Source of the DNA: Lytechinus pictus
Taxonomy: Eukaryota
DNA: 64,000 nt
NCBI RefSeq assembly: GCF_037042905.1
Contig: NC_087251.1
Span: forward strand, 4,714,001 to 4,778,000
Reading direction: 5' to 3'
This document shows positions 1-13,500 of this stretch, one piece after another. The notes beneath the pieces were generated by a model. The model was not told where the DNA came from and searched no databases. It was given only the letters and a program-made list of their open reading frames with translations. Each line of letters starts with the position of its first letter. The stretch's first letter is position 1. The position numbers and the translations under genes were made by a program.

Positions 1-394
1 AATTTATCAGTCTTCTATATCTATCTTTCGGCATCTAAGTGTATCAATCCATCAAACTTCAATTTTCTTTCTATTATATGTATCTGTTTATTTTTATTTT
101 GTCTGTCATTCGATTCATTTAGTTAATAATTTATATTTAGAAAAAAAACTTTTTCATAACTTTTCATTAAAAAAGTAACTGCAAAAGCATGTTCGGATTT
201 CACTCATATGACTGCTCTCTGTACATGAAGTGCCGAGGAACTCTATTCAGTAACTGTGCAGATTGCATGCGGTGGTGTGGGGCTCGCCTGTGTCGCACGC
301 TGCAACCAGCGACGTGTGTAGACTCTTCACTAGTCGCTTTGTGGCTATTTTTGCGGAAAATGCCTTCGCCAGGGTGTAAAACGGAAACGCGCGT

Positions 395-1690
395 ACCGGC
401 GCCGACCTAGATTTGGTTGACAATAGGCCCTTCTTCATTATTCTACCGGCGCCTATTTATTGGAACTAGGGGACGCTGATTATTCTTGACCGGCGCCGAT
501 TTAGAACAAGTAGTGCTGATTATTTTTACCGACGTCACGTAAGATTCAGGCAGCGGCAATTCATAATTGACTGGCGCCGATTATTCTTGACTGGCGCCGA
601 TTTTTAACCAGGTGGTGCTGATTATTCTTGTCCGGCGCCGATTTAGATTTAGGTGGAGCTGATTATTCTTAATCGGCGCCGGTTAAGACTCAGGCAGCGC
701 CGATTTATAACCAGATGGCGCTGACTATTCTTGACCAGCCCCGATTTAGATTTAGATGGCGCTGACTATTCTTGTCCGGCGCCGATTTAGATTTAGGTGG
801 AGCTGATTATTCTTGATCGGCGCCGGTTACGAACTCAGGCAGCGCCGATTTTTCTTTACCGGCGCCGATTTATAACCAGATGGCGCCGTTTATTCTTGCC
901 CGGCGCCGATTTAGATTTAGGTGGAGCTGATTATTCTTGATCGGCGCCGGTAAAGACTCTGGCAGTGCCGATTTTTCTCGACTGGCGCCGATTTATAACC
1001 AAATTGCGCTGATTATTCTTGTCCGGCGCCGATTTAGATTTAGGTGGAGCTGATTATTCTTGATCGGCGCCGGTTAAGACTCAGGCAGCGCCGATTTATA
1101 ACCAGATGGCGCTGACTATTCTTGACCAGCCCCGATTTAGATGTAGGTGGTGCTGATTATCCTCGATCGGCACCGGTTACGAACTCAGGCAGCGCCGATT
1201 TTTCTTTACCGGCGCCGATTTATAACCAGATGGCGCCGTTTATTCTTGCCCGGCGCCGATTTAGATTTAGGTGGAGCTGATTATTCTTGATCGGCGCCGG
1301 TTAAGACTCTGGCAGTGCCGATTTTTCTCGACTGGCGCCGATTTATAACCAAATTGCGCTGATTATTCTTGTCCGGCGCCGATTTAGATTTAGGTGGAGC
1401 TGATTATTCTTGATCGGCGCCGGTTAAGACTCAGGCAGCGCCGATTTATAACCAGATGGCGCTGACTATTCTTGACCAGCCCCGATTTAGATGTAGGTGG
1501 TGCTGATTATCCTCGATCGGCACCGGTTACGAACTCAGGCAGCGCCGATTTTTCTTTACCGGCGCCGATTTATAACCAAATGGCGCTGATTATTCTTGTC
1601 CGGCGCCGATTTAGATTAAGATGGCGCTGATTATTCTTGATTGGCGCCAGTTATATGCAGGCAGCGCACTGCTGTTTATTTTTAACCGGC
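395..1690. repeat. GGCGCC-rich minisatellite/satellite with ~350-bp higher-order repeat
   Basis: Variant ~20-41-bp monomers (gctgattattcttg.ccggcgccgatttagatt...). The block starting at 1021 recurs at 1371, and 1081 recurs at 1431. Confidence 0.9.
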
Positions 1691-1789
1691 GAAGTTGTTG
1701 GGAAAAGGGTAGTTGATGATATGATTGTGCTTTGCTGGGGGATAGTCTTTCCTTACTGTTGTTAATATTGTATCAGTGTATAATTTTTT

Positions 1790-1952
1790 CAAGCGGCGCC
1801 TTTTCCTTTCTTTCCTTTATTTTTATATTTTAAAGCAGCGCCTTTTCTTTCTTTTACTTTTCTTTTATTTTTTTTTGAGCGGCGCCTTTGGCGCCGCTCA
1901 AATATTAGGGGGGGCGCGCGCCCCCTGCGCCACCCCCCTGGATCCGCCACTG
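1790..1952. mobile_element. Right end of an hAT-like MITE (…cccctggatccgccactg)
   Basis: Same terminus as the TSD-bearing elements at 40725-41070 and 44956-45153; matching left end not found in the window. Confidence 0.6.
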
Positions 1953-4900
1953 GTGCGTAGATTTGTCTGTTTTTTATACAAGCTAACTTCTTTCGACGAT
2001 TTCATTCTCATTTAAGCATTGAATGTTAGAATACAATCCTTGTACGTTGCTTTCCGTTTTTCATTCATTACATACAGTATGTGTCTGAATGGCTTTGATT
2101 ACAAGAAAAAAAATCCAAAAGAGGGCGCTGAACGAGTCTGACAGAAGTAAATTCTTGCTAAGCGTCGATGTTACAAAGGTTGCAACACCTTAAAATTTGG
2201 AATTTTAAGTCAATATAAGTTGTATTTTCGCGCCTTTACCAAAGCTTAATTTAGACAACACTTAACACTATTTATTTATTTTTTATTCATTTACTTTTGA
2301 ATGAGAAAATAAAATCAAAGAATTGAGACAAATTAAAGTTGCCCAGCTTTTTTAAGTTAAAGAGAATCCACCCCTTAGAAGAAAGTTCAACTGCTGTTTA
2401 AATAATTCGCAGATGAAAGGCACAATGTCATCGTTAACATAAAATAACTTTGATTAATCAGTGGTTGGATTGATGCAAAGTCTCATGTGGGGGGGGGGGC
2501 GGCAGGTGGTAGGAAGATTGATATTTTGGGTGGAGAATTGTTTTTAAAAATTGTGCAACCCGCCCTCTCTATTAATAAAACTACCTGCTAGTTAAACATA
2601 AGGGTCATAATGTTTTGGAGTTTGTGGATGTCCAGAAATAGGTCGAATCTCTAAACCAGGAAGGGTTAAGGAGGGGGCAAGGACCGAGCGATCGTTAACC
2701 CCGACCCTGAGCTCAGCATCTGGGATGACTTGGGATGGTATATCTGTCAGCGGTTTCACTAGGTTGAAGGACGAGAATCTACTTATCGTTCGATGAAAAC
2801 TATTCACTACAAGGAAAAAACCGCCTCCTCTGTGGGGCACGGGAGTTGAGCAGAGTATACCTGGCCGACCGACAAGTCGGGAAGTGTTCTCTTGTAAGGG
2901 TAACCTCGTCTTGTTCCTTCGTCAAGTCAAGTAGTTGGTGCATGGAGTAAGGGTCGTAACCCCCCAGTTAGTAGAGTTCTCCGAGGATAGCGAGTCTGAA
3001 TAGCACATGGTGTTCTGGTTGACTAGAGAGGGTAGTCGGTATAAGGAGATGAGCCGAGCTAGCGGGGACCGTTGAGAAGACAGCAAGGAGCAGATTTCTG
3101 GAGGTCATGGACTCATTCAGGTCTAAAGCCTTGAAACTTACTTGAAACGTGCTATGAGACGACAAAACCTTGACTGAGTAGATTGGAAAAAAGCTTATAA
3201 TGATGATATTTAATTTCCATCTTTTTGATTTTATCCAACCATATTTTTAAGAATATTATGCTAGTTAACTTTAAGGCCTAAATCAGCGTATATAAATATA
3301 TAGTTTAATGACATAAATTAGAGAAGAAAAAAAAACTACTATACGATTTTTGGTTTGTTTGCTTGCTTGCCCAGTCCACTATTGAGAAAAACATAATTCA
3401 TCAATACAAAAGCAGCAAATATGATGTTAAACTTATTTTCGTGCAGATTATCTTTTTGTCCGCCCAGGTGCGTATCAAGAATATTTCATGAAGAATTTCA
3501 TAATTGACTGGGCCACGAAAGCAATTGCTAATTTATAAAGGAATTATTATTTGAAAAGTAATAATAGATCTGAGATTTCGTTGCAAAGAGGAATTTTGGT
3601 GCCGCCAAGAAAAAGTTAAGAAGCAAAATACACAAAAAGTACGGTCACAATTTCACTTTGACAGAAAGAAAACATTTTCACTCGACATATTTCAATTCCA
3701 GTAATAACAATAATATTGTTATTAATAATAACAATAATTTCCAATTACTTGGATGTGCGAAGGTAATTACCTTCCATCTTCTGAGAAAAATAATAAAATC
3801 GCTTAGTATATACTTTTATTGCTTATTCTTCTTCTTCGACAATTCTATTATAAAATTGTCCTTATATTGTGTAAAACAGGACAAACCTGGCCGATATTTT
3901 TTAAAATTTTATTAAAAAAAAAATAGATTTCCTCGAATATGCGGTCTATTGAGGACTCGTTAATTTATATCATTGGTGATGCCACATTTACATAAACCAC
4001 ATTATGCAAACATACAATTATATAGACGAAACACTGCAAGATAATTGGACGTTGCTGATATAGACCACAAATTCATTTTACAAAGCTTTCGGCTTCAAAC
4101 CTTCTTCTATATCAGCAACTTCCAATCGTCTTACAGTTTTTTGTCTACGTATCTTTTACAAGACAAGAGTCATGTTGCTGCTTGCTTACATTTACATTTT
4201 TCACTATTTACATAATAACGGAAATATGAAAGAATTATTCATAACTAATGACATTTTGACTTTCCATTACTAATGAAATAACAGGCATTGCAATATTCAT
4301 TAATGACATTTTTTAAAAATATTGTGAATTCATTTTATGAGTAATGGTTAAAGGATGAATCAAGAAAGGAAGGATGGATTTAATGTACTTGTAAATAATT
4401 GAAATTGGTTAAGAATTATCTGTAAATACAAATGCACATTTAACACGTATGAGATATTGAGAAAAGGTTATCATTTATCCTTAATGTATTACCTAATTAT
4501 TATAGTCCTACATAAATGATTAATGATTACTGTTATACATATTATGAACCGTTTTGTAAATGATATTATAAATAATATCACCATATTCATCTATGCTGAT
4601 AAATAAATCGACGACTAACGATATCGCCCGGTATTCAGTTGTCATTTTTTCCTCATTTCACAACCATGTGAACATTGACATAGTGTATGAAGGTCAAAGG
4701 TCCTGAAAGCCCCGGATGGAAATGTTTACCTCGTCTTTTTCAAGAATGGTGGTTGCTGTAATAGTAAGGTGGAGTGTCTTGATATCTATGGAGGTTAACA
4801 ATATAGAGACAGTGGTAGTGTTGCTAAAATGATAAAGATGATGGTAATGATGGTGACATTTAAAAAGATAGCAATGGAGCTTGTTTATGTTTGTATAGCT

Positions 4901-7169
4901 ATGTTATTAGCCGTCTTGAAAAGAAGTTATTATCTCCTTTCCCTCTCAGTTTCCCAATCCTCTTGTAACCTTCTCTTCCTTTTCTTTCTTCTCAGTCTCA
5001 TTTATAAACATTTTCTATATTTTCATCATGCTATCTGTTACATTAACTTATGAAGTATTTCCCCCAAACTTACATAAAGGTTGTTAATCTAATTAAAGCT
5101 GGCATTTAGAAGCATGTACTCTACTCATTAAGACTTGACGCTACAGGTCTATACACTTACCTGTATCATAAAGTGCAATGCGAGAAAGACTAACGGTATG
5201 AAAATGCAGAAGTATTGCTGGATGCATGGAAGAGAAATGGATATACTTGATCAGTTTCTTAACACTGAATCCTAATGTAGTATTTATCGTTCTCAGGAAC
5301 TTCAGTCATCATGGATATGTTACACAAAGTACCTATATTCATAACTTAGGGCATGTAAGAAAATGTTTGATAAAATTTCGACCCAAAATGTAATCAATCG
5401 TTAATGTATAAATTCCCTAAGCTCCATTAAGACAGAATATAACAATTTGTAGTAGAATCGCTCCTTTTCTTGTTGGTGTTTTTGTTGGGGATGCCATTGT
5501 TTCCCTTATGGGGAACTTTCATCATAATGCTTCAGTCATGTCAATCACTATTTTTCCATCAAAATAAGTTTCCATATCGCAATAAGCTTATTGAAGGTAT
5601 ACATAAATGTGTGAGGATCATTCATTTATCTCTGAAGTAACCACATAACAGTCATTTCTCATGTTTCTGGCCGCTTATTTTCGATTGAGCAATGATGGCG
5701 CACTTCATATCCACTATAGATTTCATATCGAGTTATCCACATGTCCTGTGTATCATTAAAAGGCAGTCTACCCAAACCCAAATTTGGCTTTGATATAGGA
5801 GAGAGAAAAAAAAAGGGAAAAAAATCATAGTTGAAGGTATGTGAACAAATCCAGTGAAGAATAAGTGGGTTATGCATATTCAATGTATTAATTTGTGACA
5901 TCACACGCGAGCAGTTTCTTCAATATTAGACTGAACTTACCCTTTAAACACGTTTGAACAATGATGGCGCACTTCATATCCGCCTTAGATTTCACATTGA
6001 GTTATTCACTGAACGGGGGGGGGGGGGGGGGGGGGGGGTGAACGACAAGTTTAGCACTTTAGTTGTTTCTTCCCTGTTTCGTAATGTTTCTATAAATTTC
6101 AAAGTTCAGTGTTACAAACAGAGCCCTGTACATTTACCATTCACAATTGACTTTTTTTTTAAAATAGATATTGTATAACAAGTTTTGGTCAATTGCCCCA
6201 TTTCATTAACCCTTTACTACTGTCATAATCATTATCATGAGTATTATACACGGGTCAACCTGTTTTAATAGGCATTGTACAAAACTAACAAACATAAAAT
6301 AAGAAATGCATTTGCTTCCCACCAAAATAATTCAAGCCAGGTCGAAGGACCTGAGAAACGAAATTGAAGAGCGCCATCATTTGGAAAGTGTACCTTTGAA
6401 ACTACATTATTGGTGGTAAGCTTATTTTGGTAAATAAATTAATTAATCAAGAAGGGATTTTGAGGCGAAGGTATTATCCAAACGCTGTAAAAAAATAAAA
6501 AAATGAAATGAAATAATTAGCTTGGCTATTTAGAAAGGAATATAATGTAATGAACTGGGTATTCTCGTAAGGAATGGCAATTTTATTAATGATTTCGCTG
6601 GCCTTCAAACATAGTTGACCTTCTTCTGGTTTCAATATTTGCTACGATATTTACAATAAGTCATAAAAATGGAAAAGTACAAGATTCAGTTACATTTCTA
6701 CAAGAAAGAGAACCGCCCATGCATGTAGTCCATGATCCTAATTCCATGAACTGCAGTCGCCGACTATCTCGGCTGGCTCGACAACGTCAATAATTGTGTC
6801 TATGCATCATTGAATATAACCTTGATATTCATTTCGTTGACACTATCGCTTAATCTAAATCACAGCCTGTATGGACTACATCACTAATTTATCAAAATTA
6901 GCTTAATATTACTTATCAAAATACACTTGTTTGCGGGTTATTGGATACTGTGAGCACTATAAATACATGAACTAGTAAAGCTGTGCTATGTGAAAATTCC
7001 CATGCTATCTGGGACACACGTGGATACTACCGGCTATTAACTCAAATGATGTGCTAGCAAAGTCGACATGCTATTATGTCGAACTTATTGAGGTCTGGGA
7101 CTCGGCATACTATTTACTCTGTATTAGATATTGATCAGAGTGTCTTTTTATGAGGTCTTTATAAAATAA

Positions 7170-7183
7170 GTTGCCATGGAAAC
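7170..7183 (+). promoter_or_regulatory. RFX X-box (GTTGCCATGGAAAC)
   Basis: Matches the X-box consensus; strong donor GG|GTGAGT 37 nt downstream. Confidence 0.5.
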
Positions 7184-8078
7184 GCAAAAAACAATTGATC
7201 GTTTGGATTCTGCAGGTTGGGTGAGTACACATGCCTTGTATGTTTGTTAATGTACATGTATGTAAAAATGGAAATGCTGTAAGACTAGCATGTGTCTGTA
7301 ACTGACTGTCAACATGTTTTTGTTTTCATAAAACAATGTGAAACATACACATAGGAATATTATATCAACTCTTAGTCCCATGTGAAATATATTATCCTTG
7401 TTTAGATGATGGTTTCGAGCAATCATTAATTTAATGTATAATGACTAGTTATTGAAACACTGTGACTCTCTGTACATGAAGGGTAAAATCAATAGTTGTG
7501 TTTGCCGCGTCCAATTCCCATATCCCTGAATTCTGTTTAAAAATTCGGTGAATAATGTAATTGTCTCATGCATGAGCAGAGGATATCACAAAGAGAGAAG
7601 AATAATGGGGAGATAATAAACAGCTTTAATTATATCGACGTCTATCTATACCTATGTATACGAAAGTATACTATACATGTATATCAATGGCGTACCTGCA
7701 ATGTAAAACCTCGTCACGAGAGGCAAACATTTTTTTGAAGACTATAGAAGAGAGGTCGAATGTAATTTACACAAGCTATTTGTTTGTTCCGTCAAAGTAT
7801 TATTATTGGCAATTAAAGAAAAAAGTTATCACAATTCTGTCTGGGGTGAGAGGCATTCCACCCAGGCCTGTTCCCCTACCTCTTCCATCCAGTTACCTAG
7901 TGCTATAAATATGGCCTATAACAATATACTCAAAATTAATGTGCCACAAAACCCCTATACTACATGTTCGATTCATTTGCATTATACACAGACCATTTTC
8001 AGACTCGCCAACATACCGTGCAACCTACATAACTCGACAGTTGGGACCTTTCGCAAACCTCACGGACGCTAATATTAG

Positions 8079-8206
8079 GGTCCCCTAACACAAAAGTTAA
8101 AGCTTAATCATACACTTGATTTTTAAGATTGATTGTGCATTATAGTCAATAGAATCAAACGTAGAAAAGTGCTCTACAATCAATGCTAAGCTTTGTGTTA
8201 CAGGGG
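8079..8206. mobile_element. Short MITE
   Basis: cccctaacacaaa…aagctt / aagctttgtgttacagggg inverted ends. Confidence 0.5.
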
Positions 8207-8696
8207 TTACAGGCCCTACAGATCTGCGTTTCGTGAGCAAAATTCTTTCCCGCGACACCCGCACCATACATGCATGTACATTACGACTGATGGCTGGAGA
8301 TATTCGAAATGCAGGACCTACAATAGATTATGACATGGATAAGAAAGTGGTTTTTCAAACAAATCGAGTACATATTGAGTGAGGAAAAAGTTACTGAATT
8401 AAGGCTTAGATATAGATCATTACAGTCCATCGAATCGATATTGCATTTAATGTGGATTATTGGTGGATCTCTGGCAATTGATTCCATGGGTCAAATCACC
8501 TCTCCAGCAGAAACCATTTCGCATGTGTTGATTATGTACACAGCATGTATACGTCTGAACAAGGAGTTACCTTTGTCTGAACACGTACCAGCCGAAATTT
8601 CTTTTGCTTACTCCTACACAAACGATATGCCTCTAGCACACAATGTAATGGGCATTATGTTTTACTTTCCCCAAAAATGGGGATTAGATTCGAATT

Positions 8697-9013
8697 CCCG
8701 GGGGGGGGGGGGGGGCACTTCCATTGATGATTGGATACCAGGCACGACCATGCGGTTTCGAAAAGCACCCTAAACAAGGGAAGCAAGGCTTTTCCATGAA
8801 GAATATGAAAATGCATCTCTTACGAAGTATTTAGCTTGTGAAACCCTACAAGTATTGAAAACATATCCTCCTTTTCAGTATTTTAAACATCGTGTTTGAC
8901 ACCCTTATAACGTTACATAGGCCTATACGTAACGTACTTGCCCACTCTTTCCCTTTCTTTTTACGCGTGGTCGCGCCTGGTATCCACTCTTCAATGGAAG
9001 TGGGCCCCCCGGG
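8697..9013. mobile_element. MITE with CCCGGG termini
   Basis: Inverted cccggg..cacttccattga..ggataccaggc.cgacca / tggtcg.gcctggtatcc..tcaatggaagtg..cccggg. Confidence 0.7.
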
Positions 9014-9609
9014 CGGCCTCTCGAGCTCTGGGAGGAACCAAATGTGGCTTTGGTAAGTCGTCCTAAATCGGATATATCGCTGTTACCATAGTAGCAACCA
9101 GAATTTTGCACACGAAACGCAGATTGAATGTATCCGTTCCAGATGCGAAACGAAAAAAAAAAATTCATGTCACACAATTTGCATTGCAGGACAGAGTTTT
9201 ACAACCATGACGACGGGCCCAAAAGTCTCTTCCAAAATCAACTACCGTCGCAAATAAGCGTTCGCGTTCTCCAACGAAAGGTCGGGAGTACCTACGCAAC
9301 GGTTCGTTAATATGGACACATGTATTACATTGGAACGACGTATCAACAATATAAGACAATTCAGAAGCAAAATGGCCCATTATGTCCTTTATCTAGCAAT
9401 CCCACCAATGAAACTGAACAAGCTAATACGTTATTTTGAATGGCATACTACTCCTCAGATTTGTTGATGTGACTGAAATCGCGACAAACTATTTATCCTG
9501 TTATAAGTTTAAAAGGGAGCAGAATTCCAGTTGTATGGAATAGAATAATAATAACAATAAAAAAACCTATTTATTTGGCTACTCATGAATATAGTTTAGT
9601 CACGACTTA

Positions 9610-10286
9610 AGGCCTGGTCCCACTGGCCGACGGGTACAAAACGTATTCATAAAGGACACAGCGGACGAACAACATTTCGCGGGTGGCTCTATCCGTTTGT
9701 ATCCGCTCCTAAAAAGGAAAAAAAATGTGAAAAATTGGCGAAAACATAACGGAAAAGAACGGATGTAGGTAGTATGTAGCCTGGATGTTAAAAGGTTGTT
9801 CATCGGAAACCTTGCGGATGATAACACATAGAAGTGGATGACAGCTCCGAAGGGGTTGCTGGTGGATTTTGATACTTTATTTACGAGATGCATACGCTTA
9901 CATCCTTTCTATTTCCCTGCTTCTAATGATTTATAGATCTTCCAAGTACCTTATCGTTCCTCCCTTTTTCCGTTGTTCAGCTTCAGTGGATCTAAGATGC
10001 CCAGAGGACGCAGAGAGGATACAGCGGACGTTTAACGGATGATAACGGACATGGAACGTTTGTTGCTCGTATATGTTGCGGATTACATCGTACCGGCGGA
10101 AAGTTCATCCGTTCTATAATTTTGTGGAGCTCAAAAGTGTTTGCGCGGATGTAATCACAGTTGGACGGATGCTTGATGGATAGAGCGTAATTATGTGAAA
10201 CGGATGCATAGCGTTTTACAACGGATGGCAAGATTTTTTTACGCTTTACATCTGCATGCATTCGTAAGTGCAGTGGGACCGGGCCT
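9610..10286. mobile_element. PIF/Harbinger-like MITE
   Basis: TIR aggcctggtcccactg / cagtgggaccgggcct; TTA flanks. Confidence 0.75.
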
Positions 10287-10364
10287 TTAAATCAATGATT
10301 AAAGTTCAGAAATGAATACCCGAGTCTCTCGTGGATACACAAATTGAATTGTGTATGGTTATGG

Positions 10365-10540
10365 AGAGAGAAAGAAAGAGAGGCTAAGAAATAAATTATA
10401 GAGATACAGAGAGGGAAATGGATAGAGAGAGAGGGAGAGAGTCTAGAGAGAGAGTATGATAGAGAGATGGAGAGATTATGATAGAGAGAGGAGAGATAAA
10501 AGGGGAGAGATGAAGGGGGGAGAGGGTGAGAGGGGGTACA
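10365..10540. repeat. GA-rich low-complexity tract
   Basis: Direct reading. Confidence 0.85.
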
Positions 10541-13500
10541 GTCAGATGTTTGTTCACATGACACAGTGCAACTGAAACATTTTCTGTCATTTGCGATTCA
10601 CTAACTTCACATCAAAAGTAGATGATATTATTTTGTATACACTGAAAATGTCTTTTCCGAAAAAAAACTGTGTGAAAAAAATTGGCAGGCATTATCATGA
10701 TTGAAATCAGTTTATACAGTCACACTGATGTGTCGACTTCACAGGTATGAATGTGATATTATTGGCAGAGTTTGGGAATAACTCACTTCATTCAAGGTTA
10801 CTCCTTTAAAGATATCAGTATTGACTTCCTTATTGGTGTATCTAATCCCTCTTAAGGTAGAATAATTGGCATCGCACACAGGTATGACGGCAATTGGTCT
10901 ATATCACATAATATTCCCATCTCGCCTCGTTCTTCTCAAGAAGATGATGGCCGTGTTTAACCCCTGGCTTCCTTTTCAGCATTCATAAAGGTTAGCTTCG
11001 ATAGGTACCATCTTCTTTTCTGTACCTCTTTGAATGAAAGGAATTTGGTAACTCTACCATGAATGGTAACTGCGCAGAATCAAATCACAATCAAAGATTC
11101 CATGCATTGGAATCACAAGGTCTTCTCAAGCTTTGATGATCCATGTTGGCAACTGATTTCATATTCATGTTAATATCAAATTGTTTACCTGTTAGTTAGT
11201 TTAATTTCTGTCCATGTTAATCTTGATTGTTTTGTTTACTGAAAAATTGAGAATGAACAAGAAATTGAAATCTTGAGGGCAAACCAAAGTTATAATATAA
11301 TTTTGTATATAGTTGCCTTGAAATAGATTTGAAACACATCAAAATGTGATATAAGGATGACCCAAGCAACCAACTGCTTATAAAAAGTGCAGATCGTTAT
11401 ACCCCATCATTTTATGAAACATAATGCTCTTCCCTTAAAGATAAAACAAAACATGAACCGAGTCATGTCTATCACGACCCGGCTTAAAAGGAGTTTGTTT
11501 TAAACTTCTCTCTCTTGAGTAAGTATACACTGTTGAGACTCATCTTAAGTCTAAATCTGTAACACGTTACAGTATTCATTTTCAGTCTGACGTCTTGTCG
11601 ATGATATAAGAATATATACAAGTGTACCGTATTATATATTACCAGATTACAGTGTGCTAAAGTGAATTATGCTACGTATTGAAAGACATGTTAACGTGTC
11701 ATTTATCTAGAGAACGAAAATTAATCATGTTAATAGAAAGCGGTCCCATGTAGCGATTCTTACAAATTCATTATCATGTATGCTCTCGATGTCTATCGGT
11801 GCATGCATGAGAAGTGATGTAATGAAGTCGCCCATGACATATATAGAACACTGATGATTACAATTTGGCAGCTATCATGTAGGTGTCGATGATGAACAGT
11901 GCATAAAACTTTAATCTAGTCACAGCTGGGGGCAAAATAAAAGCTCCAGTCTACCCTCCGATATATTCGCCATAAACATGACAAACATCTTGTCTGGTGT
12001 GTGAGGGATCCTACGGAGCATGCCTAGTTCTGTGAAGGTACATGGAAGAGATATTCATAATCCGAAACCCGAGGAGAGTTGGGAATGAAAGGGTAAGAAA
12101 GCTAAGCCGATCAGACCCAGGACTGTAAATGGGATGTACTTCCCTCTCTGAAGTACGACACATATACATCGTTTTTAACTGGAAATGAGAAATGAGGACG
12201 ACTGATCAAAAATAGGATTGATCACTTTGTATAGGCATATAAACCACAACGGTGCATCACAGAAAAAGTCGATGATTTTTTTTTATATCTTTAGCTCAAT
12301 CGTTGTTTTAAAATTTCTATATTCATTTTTAATGTAGCTGTAAAAAATGCATTGATCAACAAACATAACTTCACTTTACATGTCTACCCCCCCCCTCTCC
12401 TCTTCCTCGCTCTAATTTATCAGTAACACGAATTAAACATCGGAGGTTATAGAGGGAATAGTTGTACACCATCTTAGTTGAATAGAATTACAAAGGTTTG
12501 AAGTCTAGAGGATAACATGCATTGATTTGAAGTGTGCCCTGATGGGAGAGGATGTCAGCTTTCTATACAAGTACCACATCTTGAGAAAAAATTAACATTT
12601 TCAAGAAGAAAGCAAAGCCCTAAGAAAAACACTGATGTCAAGGAAAGCACGGTCGTAACGCATGCAGTCCCGTCTACTTGTTTTCGAGTAATGGGCGAAT
12701 TGCTGTTGCTGGAAGATAAATTGACAGGTCGGATTGCATTGATTTTGAGAGTCAACATTGCTTATGTGTGAGTCAGAGAAAAGTATCCGAATAAAATGAA
12801 GAAAAGTATAAAAAAAAAAGTTAGGAGTGAGGTCAAACTGCTTGCCCTAAATATAATGTTAAGAATAACTTCCTGTAAAGCCAACGTCACTGTGTACGAT
12901 CCGCTATACGTTCCTGTACGAAACTGTGCCATCGTAAGCCTCTTTGTTTGAGAATAGGACTAAGAATCGGTTTTCATCGTAGCGACATCATGCGATTGAC
13001 GTGAGACCTTCTTCCACGAAAACTATATGCAGTATATTCAATTTTCAGAATCTTTTTCAGATTTCGTTAAAGGAAAAGTAAATTTTTTGAACAGTGCATA
13101 ACATTAAGAGAGTTAACTAAATAATTAGATACATAAATAGATAAATGAATAAATAAATAAATAAATAAACAAATAAATCAGTAAATGAATATATGAATAG
13201 ATAAATAAATGAAAAAAATAACAAAACAAATAAATAAATATATAGAGTATTTACCCAGGTCCTCTGCGACTATTGATTGATAGAAAACATGGTTGACGGG
13301 TCTAGATTTGCAAATGATGGATAATTGATATTGTCCCGTCCAATACGAGGATGGACTTTAGAAAGGGGAAGGATGAAGCAGTGGGTGGATACATCATTGA
13401 AGATGGAAGGAGAGGTTGTTGGCGGATTGAAGCTTAATTTGCGATCCATTGAAACCCAAGTTATTTCGGAGGATTACTATGAACTTTTGTGCAACCATTA

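Noticed and set aside
395..1690. CRISPR-like appearance of the repeat array
   Set aside because: No unique spacers, variable monomers, eukaryotic context, no cas genes.
8330..8773. 147-aa ORF
   Set aside because: No recognisable domain; runs into a MITE G-run.
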